A DNA stretch of 64,000 nucleotides, from NCBI RefSeq assembly GCF_009914755.1, contig NC_060926.1; one strand, 5' to 3'. Positions 1 to 12,248 of this stretch are shown here, piece after piece. The DNA comes from the human T2T-CHM13v2.0 reference genome, Homo sapiens. The first letter of the stretch is position 1, and every line of letters begins with the position of its first letter. Both the position numbers and the translations under genes were made by a program. The notes below the pieces were generated by a model, which was not told the origin of the DNA, did no database searches, and saw only the letters and a program-made list of their open reading frames with translations.

Positions 1-1731
1 TCACAGGCTCATCCCGCGTGTCCCCTGAACTTGTCCTATGCAAGCACAGGGGTCTGCAGGGTACCATCACCAGGGCAATTGCATTATTGGGCTGACGAGG
101 CCAGTAGTCCTCAAATCTTCCCTCCCCTCCCTTCTTTCCTCGCAGCTTGGCTAGTTCTACTCTTTTCTTATTAGAGCACATTTTGTTGTACACAGAAATG
201 CAAAGAGAACACAGTTGCCACTGAGAGCTTTGTAGTGTGATGCTTATTTAGCTTTTGAATGGGCTTTCACACAAAAATTCCTGCTTTGTGGAAATTTTCA
301 GGTATGAGAAAACATCTTACAAAGTAATCCCCTGTTATCCAACTGATCAGTCAGTATTAAAAAAATGCATGTGGAGGATATTGCAGATTGAAGTGTGCAA
401 AGCATTTGTGTTTTAATTAAAATCTTAGAGGAAAAACTCATTCACATGAATTAATAGCAACATTTTTAGCAGGTTGCATAAATGGTGACAAAATTTACAT
501 CTTTGTATTCAAGAAGAGTATAGAGTTACTTGGTGAAGATCACTACATATGTTAAATCCTTTCAACATGTGCTATAAATAATAGCACATATTAAAGATCT
601 GTGGCTATTAAATTACGTGAGAGCAAATGACTCATGAGTAATTACAAATACCTGTTCTGCTTCTACTTATCACTTATTTTCTAAAAAGCAGCATGGAAAT
701 GAAATGCAAATATAACATAAAAGAGTATAACTTCCTGTTAAATGATGCTTTATCATATAATGGAATATTACAGCCTAATTCAATGCAGGACTAAACGAAG
801 ATTGGAAGAAAATGAGAACTCTGGAAGCCAGAAGCCTCAGTCTTCAGAAAGCTCCATACTCTGCATGCTGTTTACATATCTCTTTGTGTTTATGTGGGTT
901 TTTTTCCTAACTATTCCTGTGAAATAGCAAAAGACTTTAGATTAAAATGGATTTTACTAATCATAGAAGTCAAAAAAGCAAGTAAATATGAAAAAAATAG
1001 CACAAAGTTGTACAGAAACCATCCATATAACTAAGGAATGAAATGAAGCAAATTTAGCTCTGTTAGAGCTTTTATTATCAATCAAATATATCCTTGATAG
1101 TCCTCATCTTTTTGTCTTTTGGGGGGTCCCCCTCCCCCCACCTGTTTGCATTTTGACTTTTTCACCTGACATGGATGAACAATGGGTGTGTTCCTTCTAA
1201 TACCCTGTCAAAGGGAAAAACCACCGTCTAGGTCTTTGGGCACACAGTCACTTTGTTCCCCAGAAGTGATTGTGTAGCAGCCACAGCATCTTACAATGTT
1301 GGAAAGGAAGAGACTGTGTTGCTTGGAGTCTTAAGATACTCTCTGAGGGTCCTTGGAACTCCAGGCTTCCCAATAGGTATCTCGGTGTGAGTGGGTTTTA
1401 CATATTGACCTTCCAACTCAGATAGCATCTGGAGAAAGGATGTCACTTCTGAGAAAAAGACTGAAGATATCTAACTGAAATAGTGCCTGGAAGTTTGAAT
1501 GACCTAGGGAAGGGCAGCAAGATGCTCAAGTGCCTCAGACTTCCCAAGGTACACAAAGTGGGAAGCAGCACTGGTAAACTCTTTAGGAAGAATACAACTC
1601 ACACCTTTTACAGTTTCCATCACATTTCCTTTTAATGATCATTCGTGATCCCTAGCAGGGATTCAGCCATTCCCCAGAATCACACAGCACATGAGTGGTG
1701 GGACCAGAAGAGATTTCTGGTCATTTTAAAG

Positions 1732-2959
<1,228 letters not shown>

Positions 2960-3744
2960 TCATTGCTGCTCCCAGTAAGCAGAGTGCAGCATATTCACAA
3001 CTATCCCTGGAGCAGGAGCAAGCTCCCTTCTGTGGTGTCACAAGGATCTGACCTTCATTGGTACTTTTTTCCCAACTGAATGGAGCAAAATTATAAGATG
3101 CTCAGCAGCGGGATTCTCTGCTTCCTTGTTCCCCTTGGGCTAGTACAAGAATCCTGGGTAGGCTGGTCTCATTTTAAAACCTATACTTTTCCTCCACTGG
3201 ACTTTGCTAAGGCTAGAATGGGGGAGGCAAGAAAGGTAGTGGGTAGGGTATGTTAGGTAGCCTTTGACCACAGATCTTGAGGCCTTGTTTTCAAATCAAC
3301 CTTACCTATTCCAGGATAGCTGTCTTTTTTGGGAGGTGGTGGTCGTGGTGCTGGGGTTTATTTTTTAATTGGTTCTAAACCAAGGGGGACAAAGAGCAAC
3401 TGCTTATTTAACTGTATAGAAACCTCAAATTAATATTATTTCAGCATGATAAGAATGGGAAAGAGTCCTTAAAGAACTAGGCAATGCCAGTACTACCCCA
3501 ATCTGCTTTTCAAGTTTATGGCCTATTTCTGGCCTATTTCTGAAGGTGACAGGAACTCAAACTAGGAATATTTCTATTAAGAGAAACCAGCTTTTTACTG
3601 GTTTGCCCAATCAAGTACAATGTGTTTGGGTCTACCTAAGCGAAGACCTGCAGGTGTCCCTTCAACCCTTGCATGGTTCAAATCTGATACCTGGGTTGGG
3701 GGGGTCATTCCTGCCATTGCTGACTTCCTCATCCTTACACCTAA

Positions 3745-4250
3745 TTGAATAACCAACTCCTGTTAATTCTGTCTTCAAAAGAGCTTTGGAACCCATCTGT
3801 ATCTCTCCATCATCACCACTATTACTCTATGCTAATCAGTTATCTTTTTTTTTTTCTCCTGTGGAGTTTATCACCACTGGGATAAATTCCTATTGGTCTT
3901 CCTGTTTATTGTCTCCTCATAAATTCATTCCTCACATAGCAGCCACAGTGATTAAATCATGTTTGTCTCCTGCTTAAATTCTTTCAGTGGTTTCTTATCA
4001 TGCAGACAGTAAAATCTAAGCCCCTTGCCATGGTCCATATGGCCTTTTATGCTGTGACACCTATCCATATCCTCCTACTGCATCTTGACCACTCTCATCA
4101 ATGACTACACCTCATCCATCCTGCTTGTCTTTTAATTCCCTGATGACCTATACTAAGTTCCTTGACTGGGCTGAGTTTTTGCCTGCGTTAGAACCTTCTT
4201 ACATCTCTCCTGTCTAGAATTTTTTTCCTCCTGCTCTTCCTTTGAGCTTT
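3745..4250 (+). mobile_element. LINE-2 fragment
   Basis: CATTCCTCACATAGCAGCCACAGTGAT...CTCCTGCTTAAATTCTTTCAGTGG...AAAATCTAAGCCCCTTGCCATGG matches the L2 3' region. Confidence 0.7.
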
Positions 4251-4809
4251 TATTAAAGACCAACTCTGTTCTAGGCACCATGTGATAGGCATTAAAATAT
4301 AATGCTGATCCAAGAAAAGTGAAACAAAACATGTCTCCTTGGCAGAAGGAGAGAGTTGAGCTTTACTTTTTAGTAAAAATTTTTATATCTTTGTAAAAGT
4401 TGTATTAAAACCTTATATCACTAAAAGTTTCAAAATGAGAAAAATAATGCTTATGATTAATAGTGTCTTTTTCCCCAAGTTGTCTCAACAGTAAGTAAGT
4501 CCTTGGTGAATTGAACATAGTCTAGCTGGGTCCTCATCTTCCCGCTCTCAGAAGTTTGATTTCAATTGTATACCAAGAGTGAATCCATTTTTCAGTGTGA
4601 CTGATGTGGACAGTTATAATGCCATTTTATTAATTTAGAGTAAAAAATGCAACTCATAGTCTGATAAACACATTCACTCACTCTGGCCAGATCATACACA
4701 GGCACCTAATTTATTAACAGAAGTATGCTTGGTGATCCTAGAATAAGAAGAGGAATATGATGAATCAAATAGTAAATGGGTTGAGGTTGTTGTATCCACC
4801 TTCACAATA

Positions 4810-6084
4810 GAAATGTGATCACCACATAAACAGAATTAAAAACAAAAATCACATTATCATCTCAATAGATGCAGAAAAAGCATTCAACAAAATCCAGCGT
4901 TCCTTTATGATTAAAACTCTCAGCAAAATAGGCATACAAGGGACATACCTTAATGTAATAAAAGCCATCTATGACAAACCCATAGCCAAAATTATACTGA
5001 ATGGGGAAAAGTTGAAAGCATTCCCTCTGAGAACTGGAACAAGACGAGGATGCCCACTCTCACCACTCCTCTTCAACATAATACTGGAACTCCTAGCCAG
5101 AGCAATGAGACAAGAGAAAGAAATGAGGGGCATCCAAAACAGTAGGAAGTGAAACTGTCACTGCTTGCCGACAATATGATCATTTACCTTGAAAACCCTT
5201 AGGACTCCTCTAGAAAGCTCCTAGAGCTGATAAAATAATTCAGCAAAGTTTCCAAATACAAGATTAATGTACACAAATCAGTAGCTCTTCTATACATCAA
5301 CAGCAACCAAGCAGAGAATCAAATCAAGAACTCAACCTCTTTTACAATAGCTGCAAAAAAATAAAATACTTAGAAATATATCAAACAAAGGAATCTACAA
5401 GGAAAACTACAAAGCACTGCTGAAAGAAGTCATAGATGACACAAACAAATGGAAACACATCTCATGCTCATGGATGGGTAGAATCAGTATTGTGAAAATG
5501 ACCATACTGCCAAAAGCAACCTGCAAATTCAATACTATCCCCATCAGAATCCATCAGAATACCACTGTCATTCTTCATAGAATAAGAAAAAAGTTCTAAA
5601 ATTCATATGGAGCCAAAAAAGACTAGCATAGACAAAGCAAGACCAAGCAAAAAGAACAAACCTGGAGGCACCACTTAACCTGATTTCAAACTATGCTATA
5701 AGGTCATAGTCACCAAAACAATGTGGTATTGATATAAAACTAGGCACATAGACCAATGGAACACAGTAGAGAACCCAGAAATAAACCCAAATACAGCCAA
5801 CTGATCTTCAACAAAGCAAACAAAAACATAAAGTGGGGAAAGAACACCCTTTTCAAAAAATGGTACTGGGATAATTGGCTAGCCACATGTAGGAGAATGA
5901 AACTGGATCCTCATCCCTCACCTTATACAAAAGTCAACTCAAGATGAATTAAGGACTTAAACTTAAGACCTGAAACTATAAAAATTCTAGAAGATTACAT
6001 TGGAAAAACTTTTTTTGACATTGCCTTAGGCAAGGATTTCATGACCAAGAACCCAAAAGCAAATGCAGTAAAAACGAAGATAAG
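4810..6084 (+). mobile_element. LINE-1 (L1PB-like) ORF2 reverse-transcriptase-region fragment, disrupted
   Basis: ORF 4907..5152 ([40 protein letters not shown]) and ORF 5756..5947 are L1 ORF2 peptides. Frameshifts and stops are present, and there is no 3' UTR or poly(A). Confidence 0.92.
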
Positions 6085-6087
6085 ATT

Positions 6088-6307
6088 GTGGTTCCAAGAT
6101 GGCTGAATAATAACAGCTCCAGTCTACAGCTCCCAGCATGAGCGACGCAGAAGATGGGTGATTTCTCTATTTCCAACTGAGCTTTGAAGAGAGTAGTGAT
6201 TCTCCCAGCATGGAGTTTGAGATCTGAGAACGGACAGACTGCCTCCTCAAGTGGGTCCCTGACCCCCGAGTAGCCTAACTGGGAGGCACCCCCCAGTAGG
6301 GGCAGAG
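6088..6307 (+). mobile_element. L1PA (about PA4-6) 5' UTR with spliced-out intron (SpIRE 97/622 type), 3'-truncated
   Basis: Starts GTGGTTCCAAGATGGCTGAATA (YY1 site region). ...TTCCAACTGAG joins directly to CTTTGAAGAGAGTAGTG at 6181/6182. Ends at CCCCCCAGTAGGGGCAGA. Confidence 0.88.
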
Positions 6308-6786
6308 TCGGTTAGCTCTACTAATATGTGTCTTTGTGACTTTTTTCTTTAAATCATTCAGTGGCTCATTTTTGAATGCACGCATGTTTTTTTAAATTTA
6401 TTTCTGTTAATACAGTTATTTCAAGACAATCAAATCTTGCAGAACTTGAAAGAACATTTCTTCTTTTAGATGACTATATATGTCTTCTCTCATACACTGT
6501 GTGATTAATTAAATTTCTCAAAACGAAATCTGCATTTCAAATATTGAAAATAATTTGCTTAAAAATACTGCATGAATCAACATTCAATTATTCTTTGTAG
6601 GCTAGCTCGCTAAAATTGCATTTCAGCCAATCACAGAAGTAAGGAATGTTGGGAGTAACAACTGGGATAGAAGAAAAAGCGTAGAGAGAACTCTAAACAT
6701 AAATACCATTCTGAAGGTGCCTCTATTTGAGGCACATTGATGCTTGTTGGCTTGATTCCTATTTAGTGTGGACAGTAGAGAGGGTC

Positions 6787-7185
6787 TGCAATTATTTGAA
6801 CATTTATGCCCTATCCAAAATTCACAATAAAACTTAAATCCCCTATGCAGTAGTATTAAGAGGTGGGGTCTTTGGGAAATAATTAGACCCTGAGGGTTCT
6901 GCCCTCATGGATGGAATTGGTGCCTTATAAAAGGGTTAGAGGGAATTAGCCCTTTTTGCCCTTCCAGCTTTCCACAAGATATGGAGCAGAGTTTGTCCCT
7001 TCCAGAGGACCCAGTAACAAGGTGCCATTGTGGAAGCAGAGAGCAAGCCCTTACCAGACTCCAAACCTGCTGGTACCTTGATCTTGGATTTCCTAGCCTT
7101 CAGAACTGTGAAAAATAAAGTTTTGTTTTTCATAAATTACCCAGTCTCAGATACTTTTTTATAGCAGCACAAATGGACAAAGACA
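6787..7185 (+). mobile_element. MaLR solo LTR (MST family, MSTC/MSTD-like)
   Basis: TG...CA termini, TATAAAA box, CCTTGATCTTGGATTTCCTAGCCTTCAGAACTGTG...AATAAA, and the end motif ATAGCAGCACAAATGGACAAAGACA. 5-bp TSD GGGTC (6782-6786) / AGGTC (7186-7190). Confidence 0.9.
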
Positions 7186-7517
7186 AGGTCTTTGTTTACT
7201 AAAAAATTTTAAACCTGGGCTACTCTTTTTCCAGGTGAAGTGTCTTACTACAAAGCCTTTGATTTGGATTTCAAATAAAAAATTTTAAATTGACTGATTC
7301 AATTTTAATTTTAATTATGTATTTATTCATAATTTTTGTGTTGCAGCTAGCTAAAGCACCTTAAATTCAAATATTATTTATTTTTGATTGCATAGTTCTT
7401 TCTTTTGCCTATTCAGGGTCCTCGTAAGAACTTCCATTTTATGTTCTTGTCTTCTCATCAGTTTGAGTTGTGTCTTTAACATTGGAGAGAAAAACAACTT
7501 GCAAGATTTTCTTTCAG

Positions 7518-7755
7518 TATGAACCATTCTGAGGTCCTTCAATTCTTTGTAAGTGGTTTCAGAGAAGTTAAAGTTCAAGATCACCATGAATATGGGGCAT
7601 TGAAAATTCGGGGACATTCTCTTGTGTGTTTGCACCGTCATCCCCTGAAATGCATCTATGGGTTTGTGATTATGATTGAAAAAGAGCAGAAAGAGATCAA
7701 TTAAGAAAGAAATATTTAGTAACAGACCAATAAAGCTATATTTTCTCTTTACCAA
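7518..7755 (+). other. Candidate exon (31-nt internal exon to 7548, or terminal exon with 61-codon ORF and AATAAA)
   Basis: Acceptor ATTTTCTTTCAG|T at 7517/7518, donor TTT|GTAAGT at 7548/7549, ORF 7519..7704, AATAAA at 7729. No recognised protein. Confidence 0.25.
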
Positions 7756-8575
7756 AGATGAGAGTACTGTTAATAAAAAATGGAAATAAATTTAAAAAGG
7801 AAATAAATGAAAAACTAAAATAAAAAGTTGATTTACAATTAAGTTAGTTAATTTACAGTTAACTTAAAATCTGTAGTTGGATGTTCTCAATTTTTTAAAT
7901 GAAATCAGATGACTGGTTTCCAGACTTTTGAAATAAAGTATTTGCTTTGGAATAAACAATCTGAATGTCATTGTAATAACAGAAAACAGGATCATTGGGT
8001 AATTTTACAGATATCCTGCCCAGTTTGGGAAGAAAATTTCTTTATGTAGTACTAAATTTATCTCAATCGTGGTAGATCAGTCTTACAATGTAGTGACTTT
8101 AGAAAATGAATAAGATAATTTTTATTCCTATTGTCCTGAATATCGAGTAATAAATGTTTTTATAAGATAAAAGCATTTTGCCATACTTTAGCTAAATCTA
8201 TAAAATCACATACGATATGGAAAACTGTAAGCTTACAAGACTGGCAGGCTGTAAGTTCTTTTTCTGATTCACAGGAATCAGGTTCTTTGAGTTGCTGCCT
8301 AAGCTTTTACTTGAAACAAAGGAACATAACTGTGACTTTATATACATTGTAATATTTGAGAAAAGCAACTGTTTTACTGTTTGCCAATGTTATTGCAAGC
8401 TCTGGTAGAACTGTGAGTTCTAAACTGGATGGAGAAATACTCCTTCCAGATTTGTCATGAATATGCTAGTTGCCCTTTAAAAGGACCAGAAGGGAACCTC
8501 TGCCCAGGTATGAATGAGATTACAGGCAGAATTTTTTGGGAAACTAGGCAAGAGTCTAGATGAATACCATCAGAA

Positions 8576-8910
8576 CAGTGGCTCCAGAGTACCAGTCAGT
8601 GGACACAGGCCGATCTGTGATGACATTTTCACTGGATTGAAGTGAAGTGAGATATTCAAGAAAATGATACAAATTTCATTAAGTATACTATTTTTACTGA
8701 ATTATCCTTTATTGACAGATTCTATACTTCCTACTCTTTTAGTGTTATATGATATAATGATGTAATGGCAATAGTGGATCTGGTTTTATTCTTACCATTT
8801 AATGTCCTTCCTTGGCAATTTTTTTTTAAATGGTAACTTTTGTTTTACTTTCTAACATTTTTGGAGATGTTTTACTGGTTCGTAAAATCCCAAAGCATAG
8901 AGAGTCCGGG
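8576..8910. mobile_element. hAT-Charlie DNA transposon relic (Charlie4z/MER112-like)
   Basis: Begins CAGTGGCTCCAGAG...GATGACATTTTCACTGG...GAAGTGAGA and ends TTACTGGTTCGTAAAATCCCAAAG, resembling Charlie4-group termini. Confidence 0.5.
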
Positions 8911-9974
8911 ATTAAAAGAATGTTAGCCTACAGTATACACACGTTCTTATTCATCTTTTTGCTTAATGTGACATTATGATCATTAAAATTGATAACTCTG
9001 GCCTGATTTAATCTGAGATTAGAAACCAGATACAAGGGAAGTTATAAAGCTATTTAACGTTACCCGAAGCTTCAGATTTTTTCTTTTTTTTGGAAAATTT
9101 GGCCAATATAGTTATGGCCTAAATATTGTTAACAGAGGGCCACTGTCAGATTCTGGAAGTGTCTCATAAACAAGTATTACATTTTATACTGGCACAATTT
9201 GTTTGTTTGTACATTGTTTATGCTTAACTCTGACAAGTGATAGAAACAGTGGATTCTGCACCTTTAGAAAACATGTTGCCCAGTTAACAAGAACATTTTT
9301 GTAGTTTATATGCCAGAGCTAATCTGGGTTTCCATACCTTGTAAGCATACCTCTAAAGACTAAGCCCAGCCCTTCCTTCTTTCGGTAGCTGTCCTGCATA
9401 CAGCACAAGCCTAGCTTAGCCACTGCTGCCTAAATTGTGTGAATGCACTCAAAAACAGTGACTTGTGCTGCTTACTAAGATGGCTGAAAGGGAAACATAG
9501 TTATGAAATTATTGACAATTTAGGTGAAGGAGACTTTAGAGTTCCTTTAAGTCAACATTGCTTGTATTTCAAATTCCTAGACTATCTAAGTTCTCTACAA
9601 TAGACCCCAAGCATGGGCTAGAAGAGAAAAAAGAGGATGTGGGTGGGAGGGAGCAGCTGGAATAAAAATTTTGCCTCATTATTCTGATCCAAGCTCTATC
9701 TGTCTATAAAGACCTTGCTATATTTCTAGGTGGCTCATTTTATTATTAAGCATTAAAAAATCTTCTATATTTTATTCAAAAATAGATATTATCAAACCCT
9801 AAATATCTACCTTTATTTTTAAAAGACTTTAAAGCTATAGCTATAGATTATTATAATAAATTATTGACAATGATTTATCGAAAACAAAACATTGCTGAGA
9901 ATTTTTTTTTACTAAGGGATGATTGGCACATAACTCATAATCATATGTCTAAATATATATTTATTACTTATGAC

Positions 9975-10112
9975 CATGGCTGCATGTTAGTATCAAATGG
10001 GGAGTTTGAAACCATACTGATGCTTGGGCTCACCCCAGAGGTTTTAGTTTAATTGGTCTGCTTTGGGCCTGTACCTGACAGTTTTTTTAAAGCTCCCCAG
10101 GTGATTCTAATG
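9975..10112. mobile_element. MER5A/MER5A1 (hAT MITE)
   Basis: GGCTGCATGTTAGTATCAAATGGGGAG...TTTAATTGGTCTG...TTTAAAGCTCCCCAGGTGATTCTAATG. Confidence 0.8.
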
Positions 10113-10704
10113 ACCCCGCAAATATACATGTTCTATCTTAAAGCAGGTGCTTTGGAAAAAAAAGTAACTTTACAATGAAACAGCTTTCTTATGTATTATT
10201 TGTCCTTATGAAATTTCATTCTAAAGATTAAATTTTAGGTGTGTTTGTTTCTAGAGGATTGAGTTTTAGTGAAAGAAATATTAGAAAGAAGATAACTTTG
10301 AAGGGAATCTTGTTCCTTAGTTTTTACCACATCTTTACAATTTCGTCTTCATATATCATCTTTTATTTACTTCCTTCCATCTCTTCTAGAGCTGATTACC
10401 AACTCCTACCACTGTTAACCCTCATCCAGGAACAAGCTTATGTCTTTAACATTCTGAGTGGGCTTCAGCATCCTTGCATATGTTCAATTCTTAAAAACCT
10501 GTTGAAATAAAAGATCAGGAGACATAGGAAGGATGCCAGAAGAGAGCGTGGTAAGTGGGGGAGAATCTTTCCCCAAGGGATTGGAGGTATTTCAGGATTA
10601 GACTATGTATATCTATAAGCATGCATATATATTTATGCCTGTGGTACACATGCGTACCATGTATGTTGTGTTGTGTTCCAGGAATGTGGGAAAAAACATT
10701 GCAC

Positions 10705-10812
10705 TGCGTGCTGCTTAAGATTAGGGATCTTGATGTCTTGTTTTGTATACTCATCTTCACACAATGGCAGCATATTGATGCTCAGTAAATGTCAATAAAA
10801 CAAATGCATGTT
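10705..10812 (+). mobile_element. L2 3' end fragment
   Basis: CACACAATGGCAGCATATTGATGCTCAGTAAATGTC resembles the L2 tail motif. Confidence 0.5.
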
Positions 10813-11828
10813 AAAAAGAGTAAAGGATGAAGAAAGGTAGAAAGATGTAATTAAGTTGGTTTTCCACATGACAGGACAGAGAGGAAGTAGTTTAGATGTT
10901 TTCAGTTGTGCTAGTAACTATCCTCTGCACAGGTAGGGGAATGCTTGGCAGGGTCAGGAAGGTGAGAAAGGAAGCAGTTCAGCAGAAACTGGCCCTTGAG
11001 GTTGCATACATAAAGCCTATCTCTATATGACCCATGACCTGGGATCCCTTGTGTCTCCAAAGGAGCCTCGCCCATTGACATAGGAGGCAAGGAAGGCTGA
11101 ATCATGAATGGACAATAGAAATCTAGATCTCAGCCTCACTGTTGTGGAAATAGGTTTTCAGTGTCTCTCATTCCCCACCAACTAGAAAATGGTACTTCTA
11201 TATTTCTAGGCGTCTTCTTCCTAAGATTGTTTAGAAGGTAGGGTGAGAAATAGCAGTTTGTCCGAAGAAAAAGGCTTTGTCTCTAAAATGGTCCAGAGAG
11301 CGGTTAGATTCAGGGGATCCATGGATTCTAGCTTCTAAGGGTTAACACATTTTCCAGGGCTGCATTGCAGAGTACAATAGGAAAATAAAAAGAACCGTGC
11401 CTCAATCCTTTTTTTCCCCTTGGTTACCTGTCTCTCCTCTCCCCCTCTCCCCCTTTTTTCCTCCTCATTCTCTTACTTTTCCTCATATATTATAATACCT
11501 TAACTGGATAGATTCTATTTCTCAATAGTAGAGAAATTGAGGCTGATTGCACAGTGTTCAAAGTTATCTATAATTTTATGTATTCTTATATTTTATTATA
11601 ATTTTGTATATCTTAATAGTTTTATAATTTGATTTCTATTTTTCTTTTGAAAATAATTCAGTATATGGGTGTATACATATGCATTTTTTAAAATCCCAGA
11701 GTATTGTCAAATGTTCTATCTGAAAAATACACCTTTTTTTGTTTGTTTGTTTGTTTTCTGTTAAGGTTATTAACATTTTATAAAATGTTAATCAATGTGT
11801 CTTCTCCACTATTAAATATTAAAAGCTC

Positions 11829-12248
11829 TGTACTGGTTATCTTATGACTGCACTTCCAGTCCACTCTCTGCCAGGGAGACTGATTCCAGGTACTGCCCTC
11901 TGCTTTCTGATTGGTCTCTGTCAAGACTGACAATGGTAGAGCAGAGGGTTCTGTGAAGAGAGTGGGATTGGGATGTTGATTCCTCGATTCTCTCTCTGGT
12001 GAGTGGCTGTAGGGTGGCTGGGGTGCTCTAGCAAAGCCACAGTCCCTATTGAGTAAGTCATCCTCTGCACACACACTCTCAGGGATATGGTAACCATTCT
12101 TTCCTTTGACCCTTCAGGCCTCACGTGTACCAGCTCTCTGCTCTCCTTTGCCTTGGGACGTTCCATCCCTGGAAGTTTCCCTGCCCACATCTTTGTAGAG
12201 AGTCCATTCTCCAAGCTTCAGTGTGTCATCTGTGAGGACCGTGACCCA
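11829..12248 (-). mobile_element. ERVL solo LTR (LTR33-like)
   Basis: TGTACTGGTTATCTT...CCACTCTC, TGCCCTCTGCTTTCTGATTGG, AAAGCCACAGTCCC, CCCTTCAGGCCT and CAGTGTGTCATCTG occur in the LTR33 reverse-complement order. Confidence 0.7.

Noticed and set aside
5541-5560. CCATCAGAAT tandem duplication (a similar short duplication lies at about 61021-61055)
   Set aside because: These are ordinary slippage duplications inside dead repeats.
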